NCBI GenBank assembly: GCA_032718475.1
Contig: JAUCBJ010008622.1
Location: 87,826-151,825, forward strand
Length of the DNA: 64,000 nucleotides
DNA from: Nemertoderma westbladi
Taxonomy: Eukaryota > Animalia > Xenacoelomorpha
Direction of reading: 5' to 3'
Part shown: in pieces, positions 36,641 to 48,652 of the stretch
Layout: each line of letters opens with the position of its first letter
How positions within the stretch are numbered: the first letter of the stretch is position 1
Translations under genes and position numbers: made by a program
The notes under the pieces: generated by a model
What the model was told of the DNA's origin: nothing
The model's database searches: none
Seen by the model: the letters and a program-made list of their open reading frames with translations, nothing else

Positions 36641-38419
36641 TTTGGTCTGTACTTTGTTTGTGTAAGTCTGTACGGGTAGCGTATAATTTTATTTAGATAA
36701 TTTGTAGGCTGGATAGTTGTCTGGCTGTTATTAGGTCTGAACGGATTGCCGCGTGTGTAGATCATCTGTCCGATTAAGTACGGTTAGGCAGTAGGGGCAG
36801 CGAACGCTGTAAGGTAAACCCCCAACTAAAGAATAAGTCGCACTACTGGGTTAGAGCGCATACTCCCTAATCATTTCGGAGTCTGCATATACCGTAGTTT
36901 GTTTAGGCTTGATAGTAGTCTGTCAGTGTTCGGTCTGTATTTTGTTTGAGTAGTTTGTACGCGTAGCGTAATATTTATTATTCAGAGTTTATGCGATTAT
37001 CCGCAACATTCATTCCCTAAGTTTGTTCCTACAGTAATTGTGTTTGTTATACATACCGCTATAGTTAAATTAACCCCGGTACTACACGGGCTGCTCGGCG
37101 TAGGTAAAGACTGGTGATTTTGTGCATCGGTCACTCCAGCAGATGCCGTGGTTCTTTTAGCTGTTCAAGTATATTTAACTACTGATTATCTGTTGTACAA
37201 GTACTCGTACCTAATTTAGGGTTTAGTGTACAGTACTTTCCGAAGTAATTAGTGTAGGCATTATATTTGTGTTGTAAAGTGGTTGATAGGCACATTCGAT
37301 TAGCTCTATTAACTTCTAGGTAGGAACACTCCGTGATACATAACGTAGAACCTATAGCGATACGGCTATAGGTCGTCAGGCGGTGGTATTTTTCTATCTG
37401 GACAACGCAGTGTATTTACTACTACTTATTATTTTCAAATACCGCAGTACCCTGTCCGTTGTAATAACCAGATTTCTAACCCTTTGATTAGGCTGGTTTG
37501 TAGACTTCTTGTAAAATTACCCTGAAAATTCGTATTTTGTGTTTTTTGTAAATTTTTGTGTTTATTTAGAGATTATAATCTCACCCGAATTGTACGTAAT
37601 TTGTAGTATTAAGTTAAGTAACTTAGGTAAATTAGCATTATTTGTTTTAGTGTCCTATAAGTAACACTTCACTGAAAGCGCACCGCTTTGTGTAGTGATT
37701 ACTCCCCAGAAATAATAACATTTATTTCAAACATTGACAAAAACCCATTTCAACGGGTATATATATATTATAAATCAACTCAAACAATTTATAAATAGTA
37801 GGCCTGCCATACAACAATTAGGTCTCAATATCAGTTGGACTACTGCTTAAATAACGGTAATAAAGTAAGTTAAAGTAACCAAGTAACCCTTAAAATTCAG
37901 AAATTCAATTATTTAAAATAATTGATATACCGGTATTTACGATAGGCCTATTATCTTTATTTCTATAAATTTCGGCTGAAATTATACCAGTACTTGTAAT
38001 TAATTCTAGCCCAGAATTATATATACTACAAACTGTAAGCTGTATACCGGTATTCCCGATAGGCCTATTATATATATATAAATTTAGGCTGAAATTATAC
38101 CGGTACTCTGTAATTAATTCTAGTCCAGAATTATACTTATATATACTATACTATAAGTGTAAGCTGTATACCGGTATTCCCGATAGGCCTATTATATATT
38201 TATATATTTGTGCTAAAATTATACCGGTATTCTGTGATAAACCTAGTCTGTAATAATACTTATATATACTATAAGCATACCGGTATTCTAATATTATATA
38301 TATCATGCTACACTGAGTAGCAGTATCGGTAATTAATTACTAGGCTAGCCGTTAATGCTGAATTACTAGACTTGCTTAGACTGTAATATAGCAGTAGGCA
38401 TTGAACTGTACAATCAAAC

Positions 38420-41400
38420 ATGTCTGACTCACAACAAACATTGTCAGATAGTCTTTTAGAGGGTGTTAGAATGAGTATTAGACTTAGACAGCGTCTTAAA
38501 AGGATCTGTGACCAAGATCAAAGTATGGAACATCCCAGACCAAAGTCTAAGTCCCCTCCTACTGTGCGAAAGATCATCCCTCAAGTAGTCCCCTCAGACC
38601 CTAGGCTAGTCCAACATCGTAGGTCTATCATAGGCACTCGAGCTCAGGTCAAGCGGGACCAAGAAGCAGCGGAACCTCAACAACCCGCGAGCCAAGAACT
38701 TACTTCTCAACGGCCCGATAGCTCCAGTAGTTCGGATACTGTTGAGCGGACGCCCGAACGCGGAGCGAAGATGGCGGATAAGGTTTATGATGAGCGGCCA
38801 ACCTATGAAGAATCAACCGACGCCACTTCTTCTCAAGAAGAAAGCGAAGTGACAGCAGAGAAACCGCATAAGAGGGATGCTATTGACATCTATCTGTCAG
38901 ACTATCAACGCTTTGTAGGAGATGAAGAGTTGAGGAGAAGGCTGGAGGGGCTTAGTAGTGAAGGAACCAAGCTTGTGCTGGACGCAATCGATGCGGAAAT
39001 GTTAGCTGCGAACCAAGCTAAATTTGATGAACTCCTCCGCATCACTAGAGACCAAGAAGAACAAGTAAAGAAAAAACGTATAGAAGACAGAAAGAAAGCA
39101 GCAGTGGTAGCTGCAGAAGCAGAAAGAAAAGCGGCAGCGGCAGAGGCAGCGGCAGAGGCAAAGGCGGCCGAGGCTGAAAGAAAGGCAGCAGAGGCAGTGG
39201 CAGAAGCCGAACGGAGAGCAACTGAAGAAACCACCCAATTAGAATTGGAAAACATTCAGGAGAATCAAGACTGCATAAATAAACAGTTAACAGCTAGTAA
39301 TATGCAGATGATGAATCGATCTACTCCCAAAAGACAGGGATATACATCATCTGAGGAAGGCGATACCACCGATACTGAAGGCAAAGGAAATAGATCTCGT
39401 CTAAGCAGACGTAGAAGAACATCCCACCGTCAGAAATTGCCTGATTTGCCTCCAGCTGTTAGAAGGCAACTAAATAACACCAACTTAGGTAGTACAGAAC
39501 CCACAGACCAAATAATTAAAATAGAAAGACTCCCTACTATAGTAGATGAGCCTGAAATAATTAGGCCTGTTCTTGAAATCACCCCTTCGGTGATAGACAC
39601 ACCTCTGCTCCCTGAAGTTACCTCTAAATTCCCTCTGCACAGCACTAAGCTACCTGTGCCCAGTAGAACAGCCCATGAGGCAGTTCAGGTCCTGGACCCC
39701 GAGCGAAATATTCCTGATTTGTCGCCCGTTGTCCCTCGTCCGCCCGCTACAACGTTGGCGACTCCCGCTTCGGCGGTCGAATGGGTGGATGAGAGACGGT
39801 GGGGGATGGATCTCCTGCTCGGGCAGATGCAGGAGACCGTTCAGCAATTCAAGGGCACAGTAAGGGAAAGTAGGTTAGAGTTGCAAAAGGTGCAGCAAAG
39901 TATCGCGTTAGAACGCGATAAATTAGTGAACACACAAAAGGGTATACCACCACCCCCTGTAACAATATGTCAACCCGTTAGGTCTGAAGTATCCCATGCG
40001 CAAGGTGTGGAGCCTACACGCATCTATACTGCTAGCGAAGTAGAAACTCCTATAGTAAACCCTATTAAGGGTAATTATAAACCTGTTGATAATGACATTC
40101 CCTATAGACCTGATCATAATCCGAGAAATTTATATACCGATAACTCGATATTAAATAACACGATGGCCCAAGAAAGTTTTACACGACATATGGCTAGAAC
40201 CGAAGCCCGGCAAGCGGTAAAGGTTGGAGAGATCGTCAAGTTTAATGGAGATGAGATGAAATGGTTACCTTTTAATGAATATTATAAAGATAACATACAG
40301 GACTCTGTGCTATCCAACGGAGAGAAACTTAGATTTCTCATCGAGTGCTTGGAAGGACCTCCCAAGTCAATGGCGTTAAAGTTTATTGGACATCCAGATG
40401 GATTAAGACAAGTTTGGGACACACTAAACATCAGGTATGGTAATAGGAATAACATAGCTGGGTATTTGTATGCAAAGTTGGTAGCGCCCCGAAAGTTTAT
40501 TAGCAGCGGGATTATAGAGTTTTCCGATGAAATTCAGGAGATCTGCAGACAATTAGATTGGCTAGGTAAGTCTCATGAGTATCAGAGTGCTATGGTTATT
40601 AGAGCAGTGGCTTCTACTTTACCGAAGGGTGGAGTAGGTACACGCTAGGACAAGAAAGTGTTATACATGATGGAACAACAACAACGAGACCCTACCATGA
40701 CTGATCTCATGACATTCTTGGATGGCGAAGTGAAATTACAGCTCATAAAGCAGTCCAGAGAGAAGACATCGGAAAACAAGGTAAGTGAGAAACCCGTCTC
40801 CAGGAGAAAGGTAACACCAGTGTGTTATACCGACGATGGCGAAAGCCAGACTTCTCAAGGAGAGGACAGCGGAAAAGACACTGAAAGATCTTATGATGGC
40901 CATAAAACACCTAACGAACAGGGAAGTAAATTTAAGTCTCGATCCAATGACAAGAGAGAACAGGTAAGAAAAACTCCTCTTACGTCTCCCAAGAGAATTC
41001 AGGTGAGAAAGCCCGAAGAAAGAACGAGAGTGCACAATGTTACCCAAAATAAGGTAAGTAACATCAAACCGAAATGTGCGCTGTGTAACGGGACCCACCG
41101 TTTGAATATGTGTGATGAATTCCTGAAGAAATCATTAACGGAGAGACGAGAAGTCATGTGGGATAAGCGGTTATGTTATAATTGCCTCAGACAAGGACAC
41201 CAACGGCGAACCTGCTACTCTGACATAAGGTGTGCAAAGTGTGGTGCGAAACATCATATCTTGTTGCACACTGAATTCGAACGAAGCAGCCCGAGTCAGG
41301 TAAGTGAGTCCGAACAACTACATGTCCAATTCAGTGATGTGAACGACACTGATCAATCTGAGATGGAAGGATTCTATACGGACGAGTTCTCCGACGAAAA

Positions 41401-42814
41401 CGAATCCTGTTACATGATAAATACTGCAGTGTATCGAGCACTCAGATATGAAAAAGATACGGACAGCGACCTCACTCTAACTACTTCTGATCGACAACCA
41501 TCTTGGAAAGCGCCAACTTCCAATATAGGAATCCGAGAATTTCCTGTAGTCCAGTTACGGGTCCACGGACCTCAGAAGAGCTATATAGTGAACGCCCTCC
41601 TGGACTCCGGTAGCACAGGAACATTCATCGATAAAGAACTAGCCGAAGTCATCTTTGCTGGACAACCCAAGTTCCGAACCAAGCTAAACATGTCAGGGAT
41701 CATGCAGGTTTGGAATTCTACTGTAGCTGCCGACTATTATATAGGTGAGTTGTCCACTCCACAGGATAAACTAGGAGAATACAGTATAAGGTCAGTCAAA
41801 ATGGTGGCAATAAAGAACTTCGCTACCACCCAAGTGGAACCTTATAATTGGGACGAAGATGATCATGCCCAACAACTTAACATCCCTAGATTCGACACCG
41901 ATTATCCTGGAGTACAAATATTAATCGGTCAAAACGCGCATGAGGCGCTGGAGACATTGGAGAAACGACCTGCTCAACCGCAACCGCTTCAGACCTATGC
42001 GGTAAGAACTAGAGTAGGTTGGTACCTTACTGGACCTTCCCGAAGAACGCTCAGAGAAAGACTGCTTCAAGATCGCGTCTGCCAGGTGAGTGAATGGGAA
42101 GACGATACTAGTGAGGGAGACGACCCAACTGAGGGAACACCACACTCCTCAGATAATGACAATCTTAACTCCAATGTAGATCAATGGAGATATTGCCCCA
42201 AGACGATGAATATAGCCGACATCGCTTCCAGAGGAGCAACTCCTCAAGAACTGACAGATACTCCAGACCGGCTAGGTGAACCCGACTTCCTGAGTAAGGA
42301 GGATGAATGGCCTCCCCATCTTACTCCTACTGAGATTAGACCAGCCAAGGGAGCGGAGAGAGTCAAACCTAAAACCCGGACGGGTGGATCGGAGTTATTT
42401 GAACCCGGGATAGATCTGTCGGTATTACATATTGCCAGGGACGACGCCGTGGATCTGGACCTCCCCACCGCGAGTGGATCCTTCATGAAGATCAGAGGGA
42501 GCGATTGGAGCTCTGGAACATCAGACGTCTCGCAGGGACTCTTACCTCTCCTGCAGGGAGCGACGGACCACTATAGCTCCTGGAATCGGCTTTGTAACGC
42601 CGTCATATACTTTGAGCGATGTTTCTATCGTCACTATTCCAGGACGAAGAGGAAACCTGGAATTGTATTCGGGATGCAGCGACTCAATCACCCAGTCGGT
42701 CGTTTGTGTTTACCGGAAGGGAATGGAGGACTCTCCGGAAACTGTGGAAGGCAAGATTCTCTTCCCACGACCACCTCCCTAATCCTTCAAACATCTAGGG
42801 ACTCCATAACGTAA
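38420..42814 (+). pseudogene. BEL/Pao gag-protease polyprotein (1464 codons, one internal TAG at 40646)
   Basis: ORFs 38420-40648 and 40658-42814 are in one frame; copy 1 has Trp at the stop position. Confidence 0.9.
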
Positions 42815-44484
42815 CAACATATGGAGTGGGTGTGTGACTCTATTATTTTATATTATTTTATTATTTTTATATTTCTGTATGTATTACTATGTAATTTTAT
42901 TATAATCGTTTTATTTAATTTAGTAGAATATTATTTAGCGATTATTTAGTAGAATAGTGCAATATATTCGTGTTTATTGCGTACGTAATTACTTATATTA
43001 TATTTAGTGCGACGGCAAGAAATAATTATTTTCCTCTTTCCTTACTGTCCGTATTATATTATAAATACGTAACTACAGTAAGATGACATATCCGTACTTA
43101 TTAAAGTACAATAAAGCCACTACTATATTCAAGTATTATTGGTAGGCAGAGTATTAGGAATGCAAAGTTCAGATCCTCGTGTCTCGGCTAAACCAAGCTC
43201 TGGGTAGACCTTGGAAACGACTTGCCTCTTCACACTGACATTGCTTCGTGCGATATTGCTCTCATACCGTATATTAAATAATACATATAGTAGCGTGATG
43301 TCCCTTTAACAGTAGCGTATAACGCAAAATAAATCTGTTAAACCCTTTGACCATCTGTAATTCTAGTCGATTAAGATATCGCGGCACCCACCGATATACT
43401 TGAAAGACAAATTCTAGAATCAGTGGTTAACGTCCCCAGACAAGTTCTGGAATAAATCGGTGCCCATCTCAAATATTAATTATTTAATATTTGCAAATCT
43501 AATAAATCAAAATCTGTAAAATTCAGATCCTTCAACAATTCTAGTCAATTAAGATATCGTAGCATTTACCGATATTCTTAAAAAGACAATTGTCATAGAA
43601 TTAAGGATCTTGTGTCCCCAGACATGTTCTAGAATCAAAATATGTCAATTTAATTATCAAATAATAAAATTTCAGGGAATAAATTTAAATTCATGCCTTT
43701 TAATGAATTTAATAAATTGCCATTTTTACGCAATTTATAACATTCCCAAAATTCCATTAATTAATAGATCAAGGGAGCGGAGATTTATCTTATTATGCGT
43801 ATGAGTGTGCGAAAGTCTCCCAAACATAGTCAATAGCCGATAAAATTCATAAAGTCATGTATAAAACAGGACATTGACCATTAAAGAATTACTATTAAAT
43901 AACATCCCAGATCTGTATGCATTGGAATTACCCTAATTCTACCGCTAGCTTTGCATAATGTCACCATGGCAACAACCACGCTAGAATTAGAATTGAGTTA
44001 AAAGAACAATAGAAAGCTTGTCCATTGAATAGCATAGGGAATAAATAGCGCACTGCTAGTATCCAAGGATACATAATAATACAGTGACATTCTGGAAGGC
44101 ATTGACTAACGGACAAATGGCCCGAGTGTGTGTAATTTGTGACAAGTTGTGTGTGTGGTATTTGTGAGTTTATAGGCGAATGTTACTACTAAGGTGTGTT
44201 TACAGTAGCGAGTCGCAATTGTGAAAGTAACCCTAACTCTCCAATAAGAACCTGAAGTATATCTAAGCCTTTGGGACGGACGGTGGAGTGGCTCGTGCTG
44301 GTTGTTGTAGTCGTTGTGCAGCTACGACGTTGGCGATAGGCACATCGGCGAAAGGACACCAGCGCTGAGGATCTCGCACTGTCCGGGGGCAGAGAGGGGT
44401 AGGCAGCGACGCCCGCTCGCCTAAATATAAACTCATTATAATATGGATAAACTCATATAGCAGATATGGTTGAGTTGATAGAAG

Positions 44485-44871
44485 ATGATCTTGGTATCAG
44501 GGAGATATACTCTACCTTTACAAGCGTTTGTTGATAGCTTAATACGCGGCGATGCTGGTCCAACTGCTGCGGAGGACGACGGTCGTTATATCGAACCGCC
44601 AATGTCCCAAGAGCAGCTCGCGCGCGAGTTGGACTATAGAAAATTCGCCGCTCGATATACGCAGCGTAATGGTACATATATGGACCTCTTAACTACTGGA
44701 CATTCTATCGATTTACACGATACGGACTATGTCGAACATATCCTACCCAGAGGAGTCGAAACGATAAACCAAAATTCTAATGCGAAAATCCTATTCGAAA
44801 TCGACTCGAAAGAAAAGACATTAAAGAAACAAATAAACGCGGTAACTCCAACATATATTTGGAATTCTTGA
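44485..44871 (+). CDS. Unknown ORF in the 3' internal region of the BEL/Pao derivative
   Basis: 128 aa; homologue at about 2821-3207 (-) with one stop; no recognisable domain. Confidence 0.3.
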   Translation: MILVSGRYTLPLQAFVDSLIRGDAGPTAAEDDGRYIEPPMSQEQLARELDYRKFAARYTQRNGTYMDLLTTGHSIDLHDTDYVEHILPRGVETINQNSNAKILFEIDSKEKTLKKQINAVTPTYIWNS

Positions 44872-45872
44872 TAGAAGCATTGTAACAACAAATAAATATC
44901 ATCCGCATTTCCCCTACCAGACGTGCGTCTTTGGTATTATTACGATAAATGCCCTAGACCCAGCCAGTGGACGGAAAGACATAAACATCCACGGAAACGT
45001 TGTGTTAAACACAGTTGTGCTCGTTATATTTACTGGAGTTTCGAGCGAAACTTGTTTGACGTATCACCTATGCTCACTCGGCTCGAACGATCCTGGAGTA
45101 AACCTACGATCAGAGTCCCGGAATAATCGGTCAAACCTCCTCATTCCTTAGTTGGACCTCAGACCTGCGATCCTGGTGGTGTCGCGGATCCTCGCGGACT
45201 GTATTCACTGTTCAAAGATCTAGTGCTACCCTAACAATTAATCGGTAACACTCCGACAGTGATTTCTAGCTAGCCGCCCATCTTACCTAGCCGGATTGTG
45301 ATGCGGACACCTAATATCACTATCCAACCGTATGGTCGTTCCCGTTTAACGCGATACAACCCTTCATCAAGGTGAAGGAGAGCGTTGTACGAAACGAGTT
45401 AAACGCTATTCTATAAAGATCAAAAAAGAAACCTGCGTTTGTTCAGATAAACGTAAGTTATAACAGTAAGTCCAATCGATAAACGAATTGGCCTTATCTC
45501 AGTTCGATTGGGAAATCTCGAATCTCTAAGAAGATATCAAGCTTAGAAAACCCTATTCTCTGCGAGAGTTTTGGACGAACGTATCCCATGACAAGCGGAG
45601 GAAAATCAGCTCGAGGAGAAGCATATCGAAATGGACGAGATACCGACCGTAAACCCAAACCTTCTAATGCAATTGTATTGCACCCTTTACCCAGGATTTA
45701 TAGCCTTCCTAGTAAAGTGGCTCGCCCCAAAGAGAAAAGGACTCTGGCTAGCCTCGGGAAACTGCGTAAACGCCGTCCGCGCAAAGAAAACTAACTGTTT
45801 AGAGTATCTTTATGTTTTAGAAACTGTGATTTTTATATTTTATAGACTGAAAATCCCATTTTCTGGGAGCGG

Positions 45873-48652
45873 TGTAAAAGCTTTTGCTGAATTGCCCGGT
45901 TATTTTTCCTTATTTTTCCCGTAAAATACTCTGTAGTTGGTTTAACCCTATTAAACCCGGGGGGGGGGGGGTCAATATGACCCCTCCCATGGTTTTTTTA
46001 TTTAATTCAGAAACAAACGCAGTTGGGAATCTGACATTTTATGACTTTTCCTAAAAATCTTTTGTCTTCATGGTAGTGAAAACCGTTTTCAAAAATATTG
46101 GGTACTTTTCGAGTTATAGCACCATTTTTTAACCCTACTTTTGGCACTTTTTTTGAGACGTTTTTTGAAAATTACATTTCATTAAATATGAATTGTAACA
46201 TCTCTATTTTTTATTTACACCGGTTTTTTGGTGTTAGAAATTAGATGGGATTCATATAAATTGATTTAGAAATTTCAAACTTGTTTTTTTCGATGGGTGC
46301 CAAATTTTGGTGCCAGCACCAAATTTTGAAATAAGTCAATTTTGTAAATTGATTGTTTGAAACTTGTTTTTTACGCAATTGGGGTTTTTTGAGGTTCTGG
46401 ATTCGATGAAATATATACGAGTTGAACCAAGCGTATCAAACTTGTATTTTTCGGTGCTGTGTGCTAATTTTGGTGCTAGCACGAAATTTTGAAAATCCAT
46501 TCAATATATAAAATTGCTTGTGACAATTTATTTCTTGCGTTTTAGAGGTTTATGGCTGTTCTGAATTCAATGGAAAATATAATTATCGAACTAGACATCT
46601 CAAACTTGTATTTTTCGGATGTGGGTGCAAAATGTGGTGCTAGCACCAAATTTTGAAAACCATCAAATATATCAATTGATTGTGTCACCTTGTTTCTTGC
46701 GTTATACGGGTTTGTGATGGTTCTGAATTCAATGGAATCATTAAAAATTTCATAAGAGTTCTCAAACTTGTATTTTTCGCCGGTGGGTGAAAATTGTTGT
46801 GCCAGCACCAAATTTTGGAAAATATGCAAATAGATAAGTAGATAGTATCACCTTGTTTCTTGCGTTATACGGGTTTATGAGGGTCCTGAATCCGATGGAA
46901 TCAATAAAAACAGCACTGGACATCGCAAACTTGTACTTTTTGGTGATGGGTACGAAATTTGGTGCTAGCACCAAAATTTGCTAAATTACGCCGAAAAATA
47001 CAAGTAGCAATGATCTGGCATATTAGAAATGTATTCCATTAGAATCAGCGCCCTCGAAAACCTGAAAATGTGAATTTATAGCATCGTATAAGTGAATTAA
47101 AAATTTTGTGTTCTAACTGAAAAGTGCTGGTTACTTGTTTTTTTCATTTTTTTCCTACGCAGAGAGGACTAAACAGCCATTTATAGTAATCATATCATTT
47201 TTAAATATTTTCCAATGTATTTTGCACCCCAAAAAACCTGTATTGAAAAATAATTAGCCGAAAATGTAACTTTCAAATTTTGTGAAAATTGTGCACTACT
47301 TGTAATTTTGGTGCTGCAATATAACCACCCCAGTACATTTTTTCGAAAATTTCTTTTTTCGGTCGGATCCAGACAAGTGATACCTACGTACAAACAAAAA
47401 ATCAGACGTTTTCGTAAATATTTGTAGATTTTAGAGGGGGGGGGTCAATATGACCCTCTCCCGGTATTTGTACAACATTTTATAGCCCGGTACTAATAGG
47501 GTTAATAGGCGTAAGAGGCCGTGTTATTGCTGTATCGGTGTTTTTAGAGGATCTAAGAGCTATTTCTTCCGTGTGTGTACTGTGGAAGGCATAGTTGATG
47601 ATTCTATGGCAATTCCGTGACGCAAAAGAGGCGAGATACTCTTGAACAGTAGTTACTATGACGACGGTTAACAGCTGATATTCCTACGTGTCGATTTTCT
47701 TTGTTCTACGTCTACGGCATCTCTCAGTTCAGTCAACCAATCAGAGCGTTTTTACTGTTCTTGTACAGAAATTTCCTAGAAATCACGCAATGCTTTATGG
47801 GCAGTGTTATCATTCTGTCCTGAGCCAGGAAGAACGGCTTTGGAATATTTTGTGCTGTTCTGCTTTTAGCCTAACACTAATAAGGACATATATCCGTTAT
47901 CTGAATCACTGTGCAACTCAATACTTGCCTACTAACCTAACTCAACTGGGCAATGCATATATCTTGTTGCACATACCTTTATATTGTTATACTGCTATTT
48001 ACTGTCGATTATTCATTATATGGTGATAAATATTATATTGGAATAACGAGAAATAACCCCGAAAACCCAATATTCTTGATATACCGAAGGTAAGAGAGAA
48101 AGGTTACATATAACGATTGTGACTTATGTTAAAGTGGTTTGAAGTGAATCTAATGTTATTTGATAGACCCTACATGAGTCGGTCCGTGTTCCTTTTATAT
48201 GTGACTAAAATCAGTGAAGATCGGCAGATCAGTGTGCAGTATTGTGCAGCATTGTGTATGAGTGAGACTGATAACGAAGCATTTCCTAAAGAATGCGCCA
48301 TATATGTGAATTGTAACTAAGCCATATCGTTGCGTGTAGTTTAAGTCATAGCTCTGTTTATATAGATAGAGCGCCACGTCCTAAAGGAACTGTTAATATT
48401 TCCCGAAGGTGAATAATATTGTCAGAGATTATATAATACTGTCGGTCGAATAATACATTAGGCTTACATAGCAATACGATTAAGCTGTCGAAATCAATCT
48501 CCCGGGTATATCCAACGGGTGAATGATCGTGCACAGATTGGTTTCAACTAGTGTAGTGAATCAAATACTTGTCAGAGGCTAAAAGCGATTTATTATCTAG
48601 AAGACATCCTAATTTGGCGGGTTAAACTGCCAAAGGTCTGAAAGCGCGAACA
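45873..48652 (+). repeat. 3' LTR of copy 2, interrupted by a MITE
   Basis: TGTAAAAG after GGGAGCGG; ends GCGAACA; homologous to 630-1819. Confidence 0.88.
45946..47501 (+). mobile_element. Complete ~1.56-kb TTAA-flanked MITE (piggyBac-type CCC..GGG ends)
   Basis: TTAA|CCCTATTA...TAATAGGG|TTAA inserted in the LTR. Confidence 0.85.

Larger units (their letters stand above)
36638..48652 (+). mobile_element. Non-autonomous BEL/Pao element, copy 2 (5' LTR lost)
   Basis: Inverted homologue of 630-11075 over its whole length; 3' LTR retained. Confidence 0.92.
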
